NCBI GenBank assembly: GCA_963758495.1
Contig: CAVWVI010000003.1
Coordinates: 128,001-192,000, forward strand
Direction of reading: 5' to 3'
Source of the DNA: Oligoflexia bacterium
GTDB lineage: Bacteria > Bdellovibrionota > UBA1018
DNA: 64,000 bases
Below are positions 52,380 through 61,572 of the stretch, piece by piece. The notes below the pieces were generated by a model. That model was not told the origin of the DNA. It ran no database searches and saw only the letters and a program-made list of their open reading frames with translations. Position 1 is the stretch's first letter, and each line of letters begins with the position of its first letter. The translations under genes were made by a program, and so were the position numbers.

Positions 52380-53975
52380 TCATTTGGCGATGAATGCAGT
52401 ACCCAATCTAAAAACACCGTCAAGAATATTGCCACGTACTATCACGGATTGATTTTTTATAAAAGCTCTACCCTCGTAATGACTTCTAACTTGAACAAGT
52501 TCACCTTTCTTCCACAGTTCCTGACCAGCATTTTCTAATGCTTTGAAAGCAGTGATTGGATTACCTGAAAATTCCTTTAAAAAATCCTCAAGATTATGAA
52601 GAAGGATTTTATTTGGAGAAAAAATATGATTGGCATCATTAGCAACTCGATTCAGATCGGACTCTGGGATTCCCAACTCTTTTCCTGTAGCACGAAGCTT
52701 TTCTGCATATGAAAGTGCTTCATTAACCTGTGGCTTGATATTAGGATTACGCTTAAGTGCTGGGCCAATTTCGTCACTCACTTTGATTCCAGCTTCAGAA
52801 CTGGCTAATCCTTCACCAAGAATCTCCATTGAAGCAACAAAAGGCGCGGCAAAGGGCTCCACTGTAATTGCTGCTCGGAGAAAATCCACGGCGATCTGCA
52901 CTCTCATTTCCCGAGATTCTGGAGTAAGTCCTATCGGATCATTCAGGTAAGCCAGAAAATAAAAAGCCATTTCTGTTTGAGTATTTCGGATAGATTCTCC
53001 AATATGCTCAAAATAAGTTTTAACGCTGGCAGCGATGCTATTTATATAATTGGGATTAGAAAATATCTCATGCACCACCTCGCTAGAAGCACTTCCTACA
53101 CTCTTTGCACCGCTACGAACCTCATTTAAATAGTTCGAAATGGCTTCTATTTGCATTCTAGAAAAGGAGACCAATGTATTCACAAACGCGTCAGGTGGAC
53201 CACTTCGCGATACATTAACCAATTGATGCGCCATTTCCAGGGCCGAATCTGAATACTCTAGAAGAGTTTTGTACACTTCCGGGGAGAAGTTGCTCCCAAT
53301 CTGTGTGGTAATACCGGAGTGAACCGTGCTTAAATCATGAAAGTGTCCTTGACTCCGTCTGACTAAACGCTCAATTCTTTCCTGCTCCAGCTCTTCCGTC
53401 GTTAGATAATCGTCACCAACAAAAGGACTTGATGGATTTGCTTCACCAGGATACCGAGGGGCCTCAACTTTCAATATAAAATGGGAAAACCGCCTCTTCA
53501 ATGTTTCGACCTTCTCTTGAGCTAACGCGGTGTAGCGATTAGCCGCATAAAACAAGTTGTATCCGTGTTTAAATTTGCGAACATGCTGAAAGGCTCTATC
53601 TTTGATTTCAATAAATATTTGAATTTGAGCTTGGGCTTGATTTATACAATTTTGGGCAGAATTTAGATCACTGTGATTCTTCCAGGAGTCCGAGATGGTT
53701 AAATCATGCTCTAGATCAGTGAGCGTCCTAGCGCAAGTCACATTCAAATCTGTTACAAGTTGCATAGCAGCTTGGTGTTCCTCCCGACTTATGACTGGAA
53801 CTGGATTGGGGAATCTATCTGGAAAAGGGAACGGATCACTAGGACTTTCTGGACCTCCATATGGCCAAGTAGTAGTTACAGTGGTTCCGTCTGAAGTATC
53901 TTGAGAAAAGGCCGAAAATGGTCGAGAATTTTCAACTAAAAAAGCTAATAATAACAACACGCAAAACCTAAACAT
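52380..53975 (-). CDS. secreted polymorphic-toxin-like protein
   Basis: Signal peptide, helical body, C-terminal NHIF..HNL...VRGNILDGVFRLGTAF tip resembling Rhs/CDI toxin tips; followed by small paralogous genes. Confidence 0.65.
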   Translation of the reverse strand: MFRFCVLLLLAFLVENSRPFSAFSQDTSDGTTVTTTWPYGGPESPSDPFPFPDRFPNPVPVISREEHQAAMQLVTDLNVTCARTLTDLEHDLTISDSWKNHSDLNSAQNCINQAQAQIQIFIEIKDRAFQHVRKFKHGYNLFYAANRYTALAQEKVETLKRRFSHFILKVEAPRYPGEANPSSPFVGDDYLTTEELEQERIERLVRRSQGHFHDLSTVHSGITTQIGSNFSPEVYKTLLEYSDSALEMAHQLVNVSRSGPPDAFVNTLVSFSRMQIEAISNYLNEVRSGAKSVGSASSEVVHEIFSNPNYINSIAASVKTYFEHIGESIRNTQTEMAFYFLAYLNDPIGLTPESREMRVQIAVDFLRAAITVEPFAAPFVASMEILGEGLASSEAGIKVSDEIGPALKRNPNIKPQVNEALSYAEKLRATGKELGIPESDLNRVANDANHIFSPNKILLHNLEDFLKEFSGNPITAFKALENAGQELWKKGELVQVRSHYEGRAFIKNQSVIVRGNILDGVFRLGTAFIAK

Positions 53976-54121
53976 AAAAATCCCTTACTTTAACTGATTT
54001 TCAAGTTGTATTTTTATATTATAAATATTTATAAATGTCAATAATTACTATACTTATCATAGGCAATAATATAAGCACTTGCTTTTATTGATCATTATTT
54101 AATCGTATATTCCATAAGCAT

Positions 54122-54146
54122 TCGAAACAGAATCTAAAAACACCTA
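54122..54146 (+). repeat. 25-bp imperfect direct repeat, right copy
   Basis: TCGAAACAGAATCTAAAAACACCTA. Confidence 0.75.
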
Positions 54147-54222
54147 AACTGTAACCACGACCCATTCGGAAGAAAACGAAAGGACCATTTCTCTTTCTTC
54201 CGAAGGGTGCTATTATCTCTAT

Positions 54223-55422
54223 ATGCCTCACATGAGAAAAAGATATGCACATAACCGGATCGTAAAGGCTTTATCGTTTAGCCCAGTGGTAGGGGTACTG
54301 GGCCAAAGACAGGTAGGGAAAACGACACTTTTAGAAGGTCTGGCAGGGACCTATAGCACCTTTGATCGTGAAGCTGACTTATTAGAAGCTGAAAGTAATC
54401 CTTCGGTTTTTTTAGATCATCGAAAAAGCCCATTTGCTATTGATGAGTCTCAAATTTGTCCCCGAATTTTTCCTGCAATCAAAGAAGCAGTACGACTAAA
54501 AAAAACACCAGGTCGATTTTTACTTTCGGGCTCGGTTAGGTTTACGAGTCGAGAAATAATTCGAGAATCGCTAACAGGTCGAATTGTAAACATAGAGGTT
54601 TTGCCTTTTACAATTAGAGAAGCTCATTCACAGCCTCTTTCTCATATTTTTAATAAGTTAATAACCGTTAATAAAGAAGAAGATCTTTTAAAGTTATTTG
54701 AAGATAAAAATACTCAAAATCGAACCATTTTTAACCACTACCTCAATACGGGGGGACTTCCTGGAATTGCTTTTTATAGAGAAGCCGCTATCAGAGAACA
54801 AAAATTTGAAGCCCAAATTGATACTCTTTTAAATCGTGATATCCGTTTGGTGATCAAGACATCTCTTCCTTTTACTTCACTCCGATCTCTATTGGAATTT
54901 CTTGCGCTCAATCAAGGATTGAGTCTTGATTTAAAAAAAGCAGCGGATTACTCTCAAATTTCCACTGTCACCCTGAAGAAAATACTTTTTGCTTTTGAAG
55001 CATTATTTTTAATCAGACCTGTAACAAGTATTGGACCCGAAAAGAAAATGACTTATTTTCTTGAAGACCAAGGAATGGCGAGCTGGTTAGTCAAGGCCCC
55101 TTACAGCAAGGCGCAAGATATTGTAAGAGGTATTTATGCAAATCTGCGCCAAGAATTTTTTTACAATATTGAATTAAAAGGATCTCTTCATCACTACCGA
55201 ACTAAACATGGAGTCAATGTACCGCTTGTTTTTAAATACAGAGAAGGAATGCTAGGCATTATTCCATGTGCAGATTCTTATCCCTCACCCAAAACCCTGG
55301 GTTCGGCGCTCGCATTTTTAAATAAGAATCCTCATGCCATCGCAGTAATTGCAATTAGCCATGATCAACCGATCATGAAAACAAAAAGTCTATTTCTAAT
55401 TCCTTACTTTTGGTTAATTTGA
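54223..55422 (+). CDS. AAA_14 ATPase with DUF4143, second copy
   Basis: GQRQVGKT, IDESQ, LSGS, ESLTGR, GGLP. Confidence 0.85.
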   Translation: MPHMRKRYAHNRIVKALSFSPVVGVLGQRQVGKTTLLEGLAGTYSTFDREADLLEAESNPSVFLDHRKSPFAIDESQICPRIFPAIKEAVRLKKTPGRFLLSGSVRFTSREIIRESLTGRIVNIEVLPFTIREAHSQPLSHIFNKLITVNKEEDLLKLFEDKNTQNRTIFNHYLNTGGLPGIAFYREAAIREQKFEAQIDTLLNRDIRLVIKTSLPFTSLRSLLEFLALNQGLSLDLKKAADYSQISTVTLKKILFAFEALFLIRPVTSIGPEKKMTYFLEDQGMASWLVKAPYSKAQDIVRGIYANLRQEFFYNIELKGSLHHYRTKHGVNVPLVFKYREGMLGIIPCADSYPSPKTLGSALAFLNKNPHAIAVIAISHDQPIMKTKSLFLIPYFWLI

Positions 55423-55865
55423 ACCAGATGACTTTAACTCTGGAGTAGGCACAGGGGATGCCATCACTGCAGGGGACTCAGTAGGAGTCGGACTAGGAAT
55501 AGAATCAGGAGCAGGAGCAGGAGCAGGAGCAGAACTAGGAACAGCGACCTCAGGACTTGGAGTAGAAGGTCGATCTTCACTTGAAGGATCTCGTTTAATT
55601 AAATGGTACTTTTCTAATACTTAGAAGGACCCACCTGAATCTCTCCATAAACCGAAGGGATTTGTAGGTTGTACTAATTCCGCGGTTCCCGCAGGAGTGA
55701 GTTCTACTTTTCTAAAAAATATCCACTCGCTCATCTTTTGATATTTACGTACCGCCATCAGTAAATAACGATTATCGTGAAAAGCAATTGAAAAGCTTTT
55801 AGCAATCGGTGTTAGAAAATTAAAAATATTTAAAATCTTCTTTTGTTTCTCATCTAAATGGAGAG
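55414..55865 (-). pseudogene. 3' remnant of a gene with a Pro/Ser-rich tail, cut by IS21 and carrying an internal stop
   Basis: HLDEKQKKILNIF...GGSF*VLEKY...SAPAPAPAP...GSN* in one frame. Confidence 0.6.
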
Positions 55866-55914
55866 TGCCAATAAAAATTGCCGGTGAGTGACAACTAAAT
55901 TTGCCGGTTTCCGG

Positions 55915-56694
55915 CTAACATTTTTGTTGTTTTTGGTCCATGTTTTTTCTGGCTTCTTTCTTCCTGAAGCTTTCCTCGCTACTGATATCAAATAAATAAG
56001 CGTGATGAATCAGGCGATCAATTGCTGCAGTAGTGGTTTTTGTATCTTTGAATATTTGGTCCCATTCACTAAAAACCAAATTTGTCGTAATAAGAATTGA
56101 AGTCCTTTCGTAGCAGGCACTGAAGCACTGGAAGAGGAGATCAGCTTCTGTTCTTTCAAATGGGATAAAGCCAAGTTCATCAATGCAGATCAAGTCATAT
56201 CGGTTCAGCTTTTTCAAAAACTCAGAGAGTCTTAGATTGTTTTTTTCTTTAATTAGCCGTTGAGTAAGATCGCAGGCAGTAAAAAAGACAACTTTTTTTT
56301 CTCTGAGACACAGCTCCCTGGCCAACCCCATGGCCAAATGGCTTTTGCCTGCTCCTGGTGCTCCATAAAGTAGGACATTTTTGGCGTCAGCTAAGAAATG
56401 CCCTTCAGCCAATTCAATAAAGGTTTGCCTGCTGATAGTGGGTGTTTCTTCAAACTTAAAATCACTCAGTAGCTTCTTAAGGGGGAATTTTGCATGTTGT
56501 ATGAGTGCATTGATTTTTTTCTCCTTTCGCTTCTCAACTTCGATGCCGGTTAGGCGATACAGGTATTGCTCACACGTGAGACCCTCTTCAGCGGCGGCTT
56601 CGCTCACCTTTTGATAGGATCTGAGGATACTGGGAAGTTTTAGTGTTTTTAAATTCAACTCAAGGTGTATTTGCATATTTTGGCTGGTGGCCAT
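55915..56694 (-). CDS. istB: IS21 helper ATPase
   Basis: GAPGAGKSHLA, IDELGF, ITTN, AAIDRLIHH. Confidence 0.95.
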   Translation of the reverse strand: MATSQNMQIHLELNLKTLKLPSILRSYQKVSEAAAEEGLTCEQYLYRLTGIEVEKRKEKKINALIQHAKFPLKKLLSDFKFEETPTISRQTFIELAEGHFLADAKNVLLYGAPGAGKSHLAMGLARELCLREKKVVFFTACDLTQRLIKEKNNLRLSEFLKKLNRYDLICIDELGFIPFERTEADLLFQCFSACYERTSILITTNLVFSEWDQIFKDTKTTTAAIDRLIHHAYLFDISSEESFRKKEARKNMDQKQQKC

Positions 56695-56696
56695 TA

Positions 56697-58163
56697 TTAA
56701 TTTTCCTTTCTTTGGAGGCTAAATAATTCGTCGTATTGATTAAGATCTCTACGAGCTGGTTTTATGTTGAGAATGTCAGCTACAGGTTCATTGGTAAGGA
56801 CCTCCTTTAGTTTTAGTAATGATAATTCGTTGCTGCCCTCGAGGCAGAGCTCCATAGCCGCAGTGACGTTTTCACGGCCATATTCAGCCATATATTTTAA
56901 ACAGTTTAAGTATTCCTTTAAGGCTGTCGGACCGTTGGCAGGCTGGACTTTCAATCTTTCGTAAAAGCGATTCCAAATGGGATGAGAGAAGAGAACATGG
57001 CGGTGTTTCCACTCCAGGACGACTCCAGGTTTCTTACAGAGTTCGCGGATAATATGGACAACTTCGATCTTAGTCTGGTTAGATTTACCCCATAGCCTGC
57101 AATGGGTGGCAACTACTTTCGATTCATAAATGAGATCAATCCTCGAAGCATAGATCCGGGCTTCGAGGGAAAGACCACTTAAATGGCTAGGAGCAGAATA
57201 CCGATGGCCATTCTTCAGAGGACTGAAAGTCGAATACTTATCAATATTTACTACGACTTCTTCAAAGGCAGGGAATGGCTCTCGAGGAAGGAGTATCAAG
57301 GGTTCCTGGTTAAACTTCTCTTCCACTGCAGCTTCCGCATTCTGTTCATTTACAACTTTGTTCACCAATTGCTGGAATGACGCTAGGTCTCGGAAGTGAA
57401 GATTCCCGAGGCCAATGACTTCACGGATTCGTATTTTAAGATGCCCAACTGTACTTTCAATCGATCCCTTCTCCCATCCTGACGCTGGGTTGCAGAAATC
57501 GGTTTTAAACCCATAATGATTTTGAAATTGAGCAAAGCGGGCCGTAATTTTTCGCTCCCCACGACCCAAGAGTTTTACCACAGGACTTAAATTATCGAGG
57601 CGATAGCGCGGGGCTATGCCACCAAAAGAATTAAAAGCCTGCACACTGCCTTCTAGAAAGCACTCCCAAGTAGTATTAAAAAATGCCGTAGCTGAAATTC
57701 TGCCACTGAAAATAAGCCGAACTACCCAGAGTTGGATCTTCAAAATTTCGCCACCGATTGAAATCCCAGAAAGCTCGGTAAAGTCTCCCTCCATAACATC
57801 ACCTGGGAAATGTTCGCGTTGAAAGAATACTGGCGCCGGATCCGATACCCTGGTTATACTCTCCAACCGTCTCAGAAGGGTCCGATAACTCCCCTTGTAA
57901 CCTTCCCTTCTCAGTCGTGACAAAATGCTCTTTACTTGGGTTTTTGGGTATTGGCGAAGCATCTCATGTGCAATTTGGAGATGAGCTTCAGACAGGGGAT
58001 CAGGGCGGGTAGATACAGTCCGTGTATAAGACGGAACTGACCCACTTTTAAGATAATTTCTCACAGTCCTTTCGGACAACCCTAGTTCAATTCCAATTTC
58101 TTTTTGGGTTTTGCCATCATTCCTTAGCTGAATAATCCTTTTGAACTCAGTCATTAAAATCAT
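56697..58163 (-). CDS. istA: IS21 transposase
   Basis: N-terminal HTH, EGDFT, RLDN, WEKGSIE (DDE). Confidence 0.95.
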   Translation of the reverse strand: MILMTEFKRIIQLRNDGKTQKEIGIELGLSERTVRNYLKSGSVPSYTRTVSTRPDPLSEAHLQIAHEMLRQYPKTQVKSILSRLRREGYKGSYRTLLRRLESITRVSDPAPVFFQREHFPGDVMEGDFTELSGISIGGEILKIQLWVVRLIFSGRISATAFFNTTWECFLEGSVQAFNSFGGIAPRYRLDNLSPVVKLLGRGERKITARFAQFQNHYGFKTDFCNPASGWEKGSIESTVGHLKIRIREVIGLGNLHFRDLASFQQLVNKVVNEQNAEAAVEEKFNQEPLILLPREPFPAFEEVVVNIDKYSTFSPLKNGHRYSAPSHLSGLSLEARIYASRIDLIYESKVVATHCRLWGKSNQTKIEVVHIIRELCKKPGVVLEWKHRHVLFSHPIWNRFYERLKVQPANGPTALKEYLNCLKYMAEYGRENVTAAMELCLEGSNELSLLKLKEVLTNEPVADILNIKPARRDLNQYDELFSLQRKEN

Positions 58164-58291
58164 ACTCCGGTTAACTCCAATAGAGCGAGTTCTACCGGAG
58201 AGACGACTGGAGGCAAAACCTCCAGGTACTGTTAACTATTTCAGTTAACCGGCAAATTTAATTGGCACTGGACCGGCAAGATTCATTGGCA

Positions 58292-58525
58292 CTAGCCAAG
58301 ACTGAAAGTACTTATGATAAACTTTCGGATGAGGTAGATAAGTTAAATCCACAAGTTGCTCCTCCTATGCAATCTCAAATACCCGTTCCTAATGACGCGC
58401 TTAAGCCAGAAATCTCCAGTTCAATTCAAAATCCAAAGTTCCATGAAGATGATCAAAATCAGAATGATGATTCACTTTCTGGAGTGGTTAATTCTACCAT
58501 GGGCAATGAGCATGAGAGATTTTAA
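58292..58525 (+). pseudogene. 3' fragment of an unknown gene cut by IS21
   Basis: Open frame LAKTESTYDKL...HERF* begins at the IS end. Confidence 0.5.
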
Positions 58526-58574
58526 GATTTAGATCTCGGCGATTGTTAACTCTTGAAAAGTTTGACGGTAATTT

Positions 58575-59594
58575 CTAATTACCATTTTGGAACATATGCC
58601 CTGCAACTAAATTGAAGGCATTAGGAGTATTTCTAAGTGTTTTAAAGTGATACAAATGGTCTAGGTAGACATCTTTTCCGAAAGATTCGGGGATGATTTT
58701 AAAGAGTTCATCCATAGTATCATAATCAGTTTGAGGATTGAACGCCACACCATATAGAAGTCTTCTTTTCATTCTCAGATATTCATGATCGGAACTCGTT
58801 GGTTCCTCTTTATTTAATTTTAAAACTAAGTCTAAAGAATTCAAAAGAAGATCTTTATTATGAGTATGAAACGCCAAATAGGTGTAAACACTTGCTTGGT
58901 TCAATAAGCTACTATGTTTAGCTGCTTTTGCGATGAGTTCTCCCTTATGCGACGAAATCTCAGGTATTTTAGCAAGTAACATAAGAAGGTGGAGTCCTGA
59001 TTTTCTGTTCTTGTAGTTATTTCTCCATCGTTTGTTTAGGTGCTTTGCAATGGGAAATACTTTTTTAAAGATTTTAATATATGTAGATTTGAGATGGTAT
59101 TTAACCTTTTCAAACAACTCTGGGTTTCCATTTCTAAAGAGCATAAAGTCGGACTGAGTGACAGCAAACAGTCTCAGAGGCTCTATCAAATCATTTATTG
59201 GTTGTTTTTCATCATAAGAAAGAATGGCCTCTGCATCAGATTTAAGATCTACTGTGAGTTGTAATTCAGTTATTTTTTTATAATAATCTAGCTTATTTAG
59301 CAGAGGTCTTATTTCATGGACTCCATTTTTAAAATGATGACTTGCTTGAGCGAGATTATCCAAAGACATAGGGTCTAAAAACTGAGTCATTACACCAAAC
59401 ACATCCATGTCGAGCTTTTCAAGTTTTCCAGGCGCAGGGGCTTGTAATTCTTCGTTTTGAGAGCAAATAAAGGAAACTTTGCATCGATTTGATAACGTTT
59501 CTGGACCTTTTCCTGCGGCGAAGGTGGTTGGTTGCAAGATCGTTAAGGCTAGTGTCTGTAAAGTAAAAAAATTTAATATCTTGGCTAATTTCAT
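58575..59594 (-). CDS. secreted F-box-like protein
   Basis: Signal peptide from MKLAK (GGAG RBS); LEKLDMDVFGVMTQFLDPMSLDNLAQASHHF fits F-box spacing; helical C-terminus. Confidence 0.6.
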   Translation of the reverse strand: MKLAKILNFFTLQTLALTILQPTTFAAGKGPETLSNRCKVSFICSQNEELQAPAPGKLEKLDMDVFGVMTQFLDPMSLDNLAQASHHFKNGVHEIRPLLNKLDYYKKITELQLTVDLKSDAEAILSYDEKQPINDLIEPLRLFAVTQSDFMLFRNGNPELFEKVKYHLKSTYIKIFKKVFPIAKHLNKRWRNNYKNRKSGLHLLMLLAKIPEISSHKGELIAKAAKHSSLLNQASVYTYLAFHTHNKDLLLNSLDLVLKLNKEEPTSSDHEYLRMKRRLLYGVAFNPQTDYDTMDELFKIIPESFGKDVYLDHLYHFKTLRNTPNAFNLVAGHMFQNGN

Positions 59595-59902
59595 TATATT
59601 TTCTCTCCAGTTACAAACCACCAGATGCCATCACGCAATGGAGATAGATCAGTTGCTGATTGGGTGAGGAATACTACTAGACTAAAGTTGTTTTGTATAT
59701 AGATATTTATATATATGAATTATGTATGTAATTTTATAGCATTTTATAAGTTTATGTACATTGATTTTATTGGATAACACTTTATTGATTATATTATTAC
59801 ACAATATGTTATAACTCCTAGCCTATGTTGAAGGTTAGGAAGTTTATGAAAAGTTCGTGTTTAAGTGCTTTATGGGTGAATATTAATAGCAGGAAAAGAA
59901 TC

Positions 59903-61321
59903 GTGAGGAAGGTCTTTGTAGTCATTTTTTTCTTCGCATTTTCAGCACTTGAGTTCCATTCCTTATCCTATGCGAATCCCTCCTGCTCCACTTGTTTAAA
60001 CGAGACAGAACAGGGAGAAAAAATAATGCAGTGTAGCAATGGCCATTATACTCACCACGAATGTCTGAATGAACAAGTGAAGAATATTGAAGACGTTTCT
60101 CGTATCAAGACCGGAGGGTTTCGTTGTAATGGTCTTGATGTGAACGGTTGTCAGTGTAAGAAGTCATTTTCTTTAGATCAAATTCGAAGCATTCTAGAGC
60201 CAACCCAAAAAGAGGAGTTGGACAAAAGATTGATCGCAGTTGCTGAGATCAGTGATAAAAGTATATTCGATCAAGAAGTTCGTAGACTTTCTCAAGGTAT
60301 AAACGAAGCATTTGTTTTGTGTTGTCCAACAGAAGGTTGTGGTGGATCGCTCGATAAGATTGAGGGCTGTAATGCAGCCAAGTGTTCAAATTCAGATTGT
60401 AATACTATTTTTTGTTACCTTTGCCTGGAGAGGCAAGTTGCTAGTCAAGCAGCCCATACACATGTCAAAGACCACAGCGGAGATTATTGGGAACAGCGCC
60501 CTGGTTACTCTGAGCGGTATCACTGGCTGATTGCGAGAAATGAACTTGGCTTTCTGTTTAAAAGAAAGATTGATTCGGCTGTCATGAAGGCTGTCCTAGA
60601 TTCTCAAAAGCCTATGCTTGAAGAGAGAAATATGTGGCCATTTCCTGCAGGAAAAATGACTGATCAATGGCTTCAAGTAGTGCGAGCCAATGAGCAATTA
60701 TCCCTTCAAAAGAAAATTGAATTACTTCAAAATGAAGCGATTTATAAACGAAAAGTGAAAGATGCACAAAGTACTATCCTAGTAGAGGCTGAAATTAGGA
60801 GATTAGGTGACAAGATCCTAGCATCACTCGATATTCGAGACGCTCAAGGCGTTGATCATCAGGTCGATAGACCAGCGATTGCCCAAGTTCAAGTAGCTCC
60901 AGTTGTGGGAGATCAACCTCATTTGGCGGGAGATATTATTCCTGTAATGGAGAATGACCCACGAGTTTCCCATGATTTTTCGTTATTAGGGAACATGTAC
61001 CAAGTGAACGGTCTTATATGGAGCGGTGGTGGTAAGGATATGAGTGCGAGGGAAGCGGGATTGTTTTGTTCACAAATAGGTGCAAGGCTACCTACGGCGT
61101 ATGAATGGGAGAACTTGGCACGGGCAATGGGTAAAGGAACTGCTAGAGGATATAATTCGAATTTGTTATCTGACTTTAGAAGTAAGTTTTGGTCGTCAAC
61201 GCAGCATCCGACAGATCAGAGGCATGGCTTTTACTTTGATGGCAGCTATGGTTATCTCCTTTTTGGCGAGTACCACTGCGTGAGAGTCCGTTGCGTGATT
61301 AATGTCCAGCTAGTTCGGTAG
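59903..61321 (+). CDS. secreted RING + RBR-Rcat-like protein with C-terminal CLec/DUF1566-like domain
   Basis: Likely GTG start at 59903 with signal peptide; CSTC..C..HYTHHEC..C..C; CPTEGC..KIEGCNAAKC..C..FCYLC; ARLPT..E, FWSS, VRCV. Confidence 0.75.
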   Translation: MRKVFVVIFFFAFSALEFHSLSYANPSCSTCLNETEQGEKIMQCSNGHYTHHECLNEQVKNIEDVSRIKTGGFRCNGLDVNGCQCKKSFSLDQIRSILEPTQKEELDKRLIAVAEISDKSIFDQEVRRLSQGINEAFVLCCPTEGCGGSLDKIEGCNAAKCSNSDCNTIFCYLCLERQVASQAAHTHVKDHSGDYWEQRPGYSERYHWLIARNELGFLFKRKIDSAVMKAVLDSQKPMLEERNMWPFPAGKMTDQWLQVVRANEQLSLQKKIELLQNEAIYKRKVKDAQSTILVEAEIRRLGDKILASLDIRDAQGVDHQVDRPAIAQVQVAPVVGDQPHLAGDIIPVMENDPRVSHDFSLLGNMYQVNGLIWSGGGKDMSAREAGLFCSQIGARLPTAYEWENLARAMGKGTARGYNSNLLSDFRSKFWSSTQHPTDQRHGFYFDGSYGYLLFGEYHCVRVRCVINVQLVR

Positions 61322-61572
61322 TTCTTGCGACGAGAACATTTCCAGCGGTAGATAGAGGGATTTGACCCTTCAAAAATCGGTTTGGTTATGTGAGACGGTC
61401 CAGCTTTAGCATAAATATCTAAAGGTTAAGTTATTTCTAGAGTACTTAAGAAGTTTTTTATAATGAACTATGTGTCGTTTCGGTCTAAAAGTGAGAAAAT
61501 TTAAATTCTAGTTATTTACTAAAAATATATCTTAATGTTGACTGTTTATATCAATTAATATAAACAGTTCCT

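Larger units (their letters stand above)
55866..58291 (-). mobile_element. IS21-family element, 2426 bp
   Basis: TG...CA ends; IRs TGCCAATAAAAATTGCCGGT and TGCCAATGAATCTTGCCGGT with internal repeats; istA-istB pair; no TSD. Confidence 0.93.

Noticed and set aside
55505..55531. GCAGGA hexamer repeat
   Set aside because: Encodes the Ala-Pro linker of the minus-strand pseudogene.
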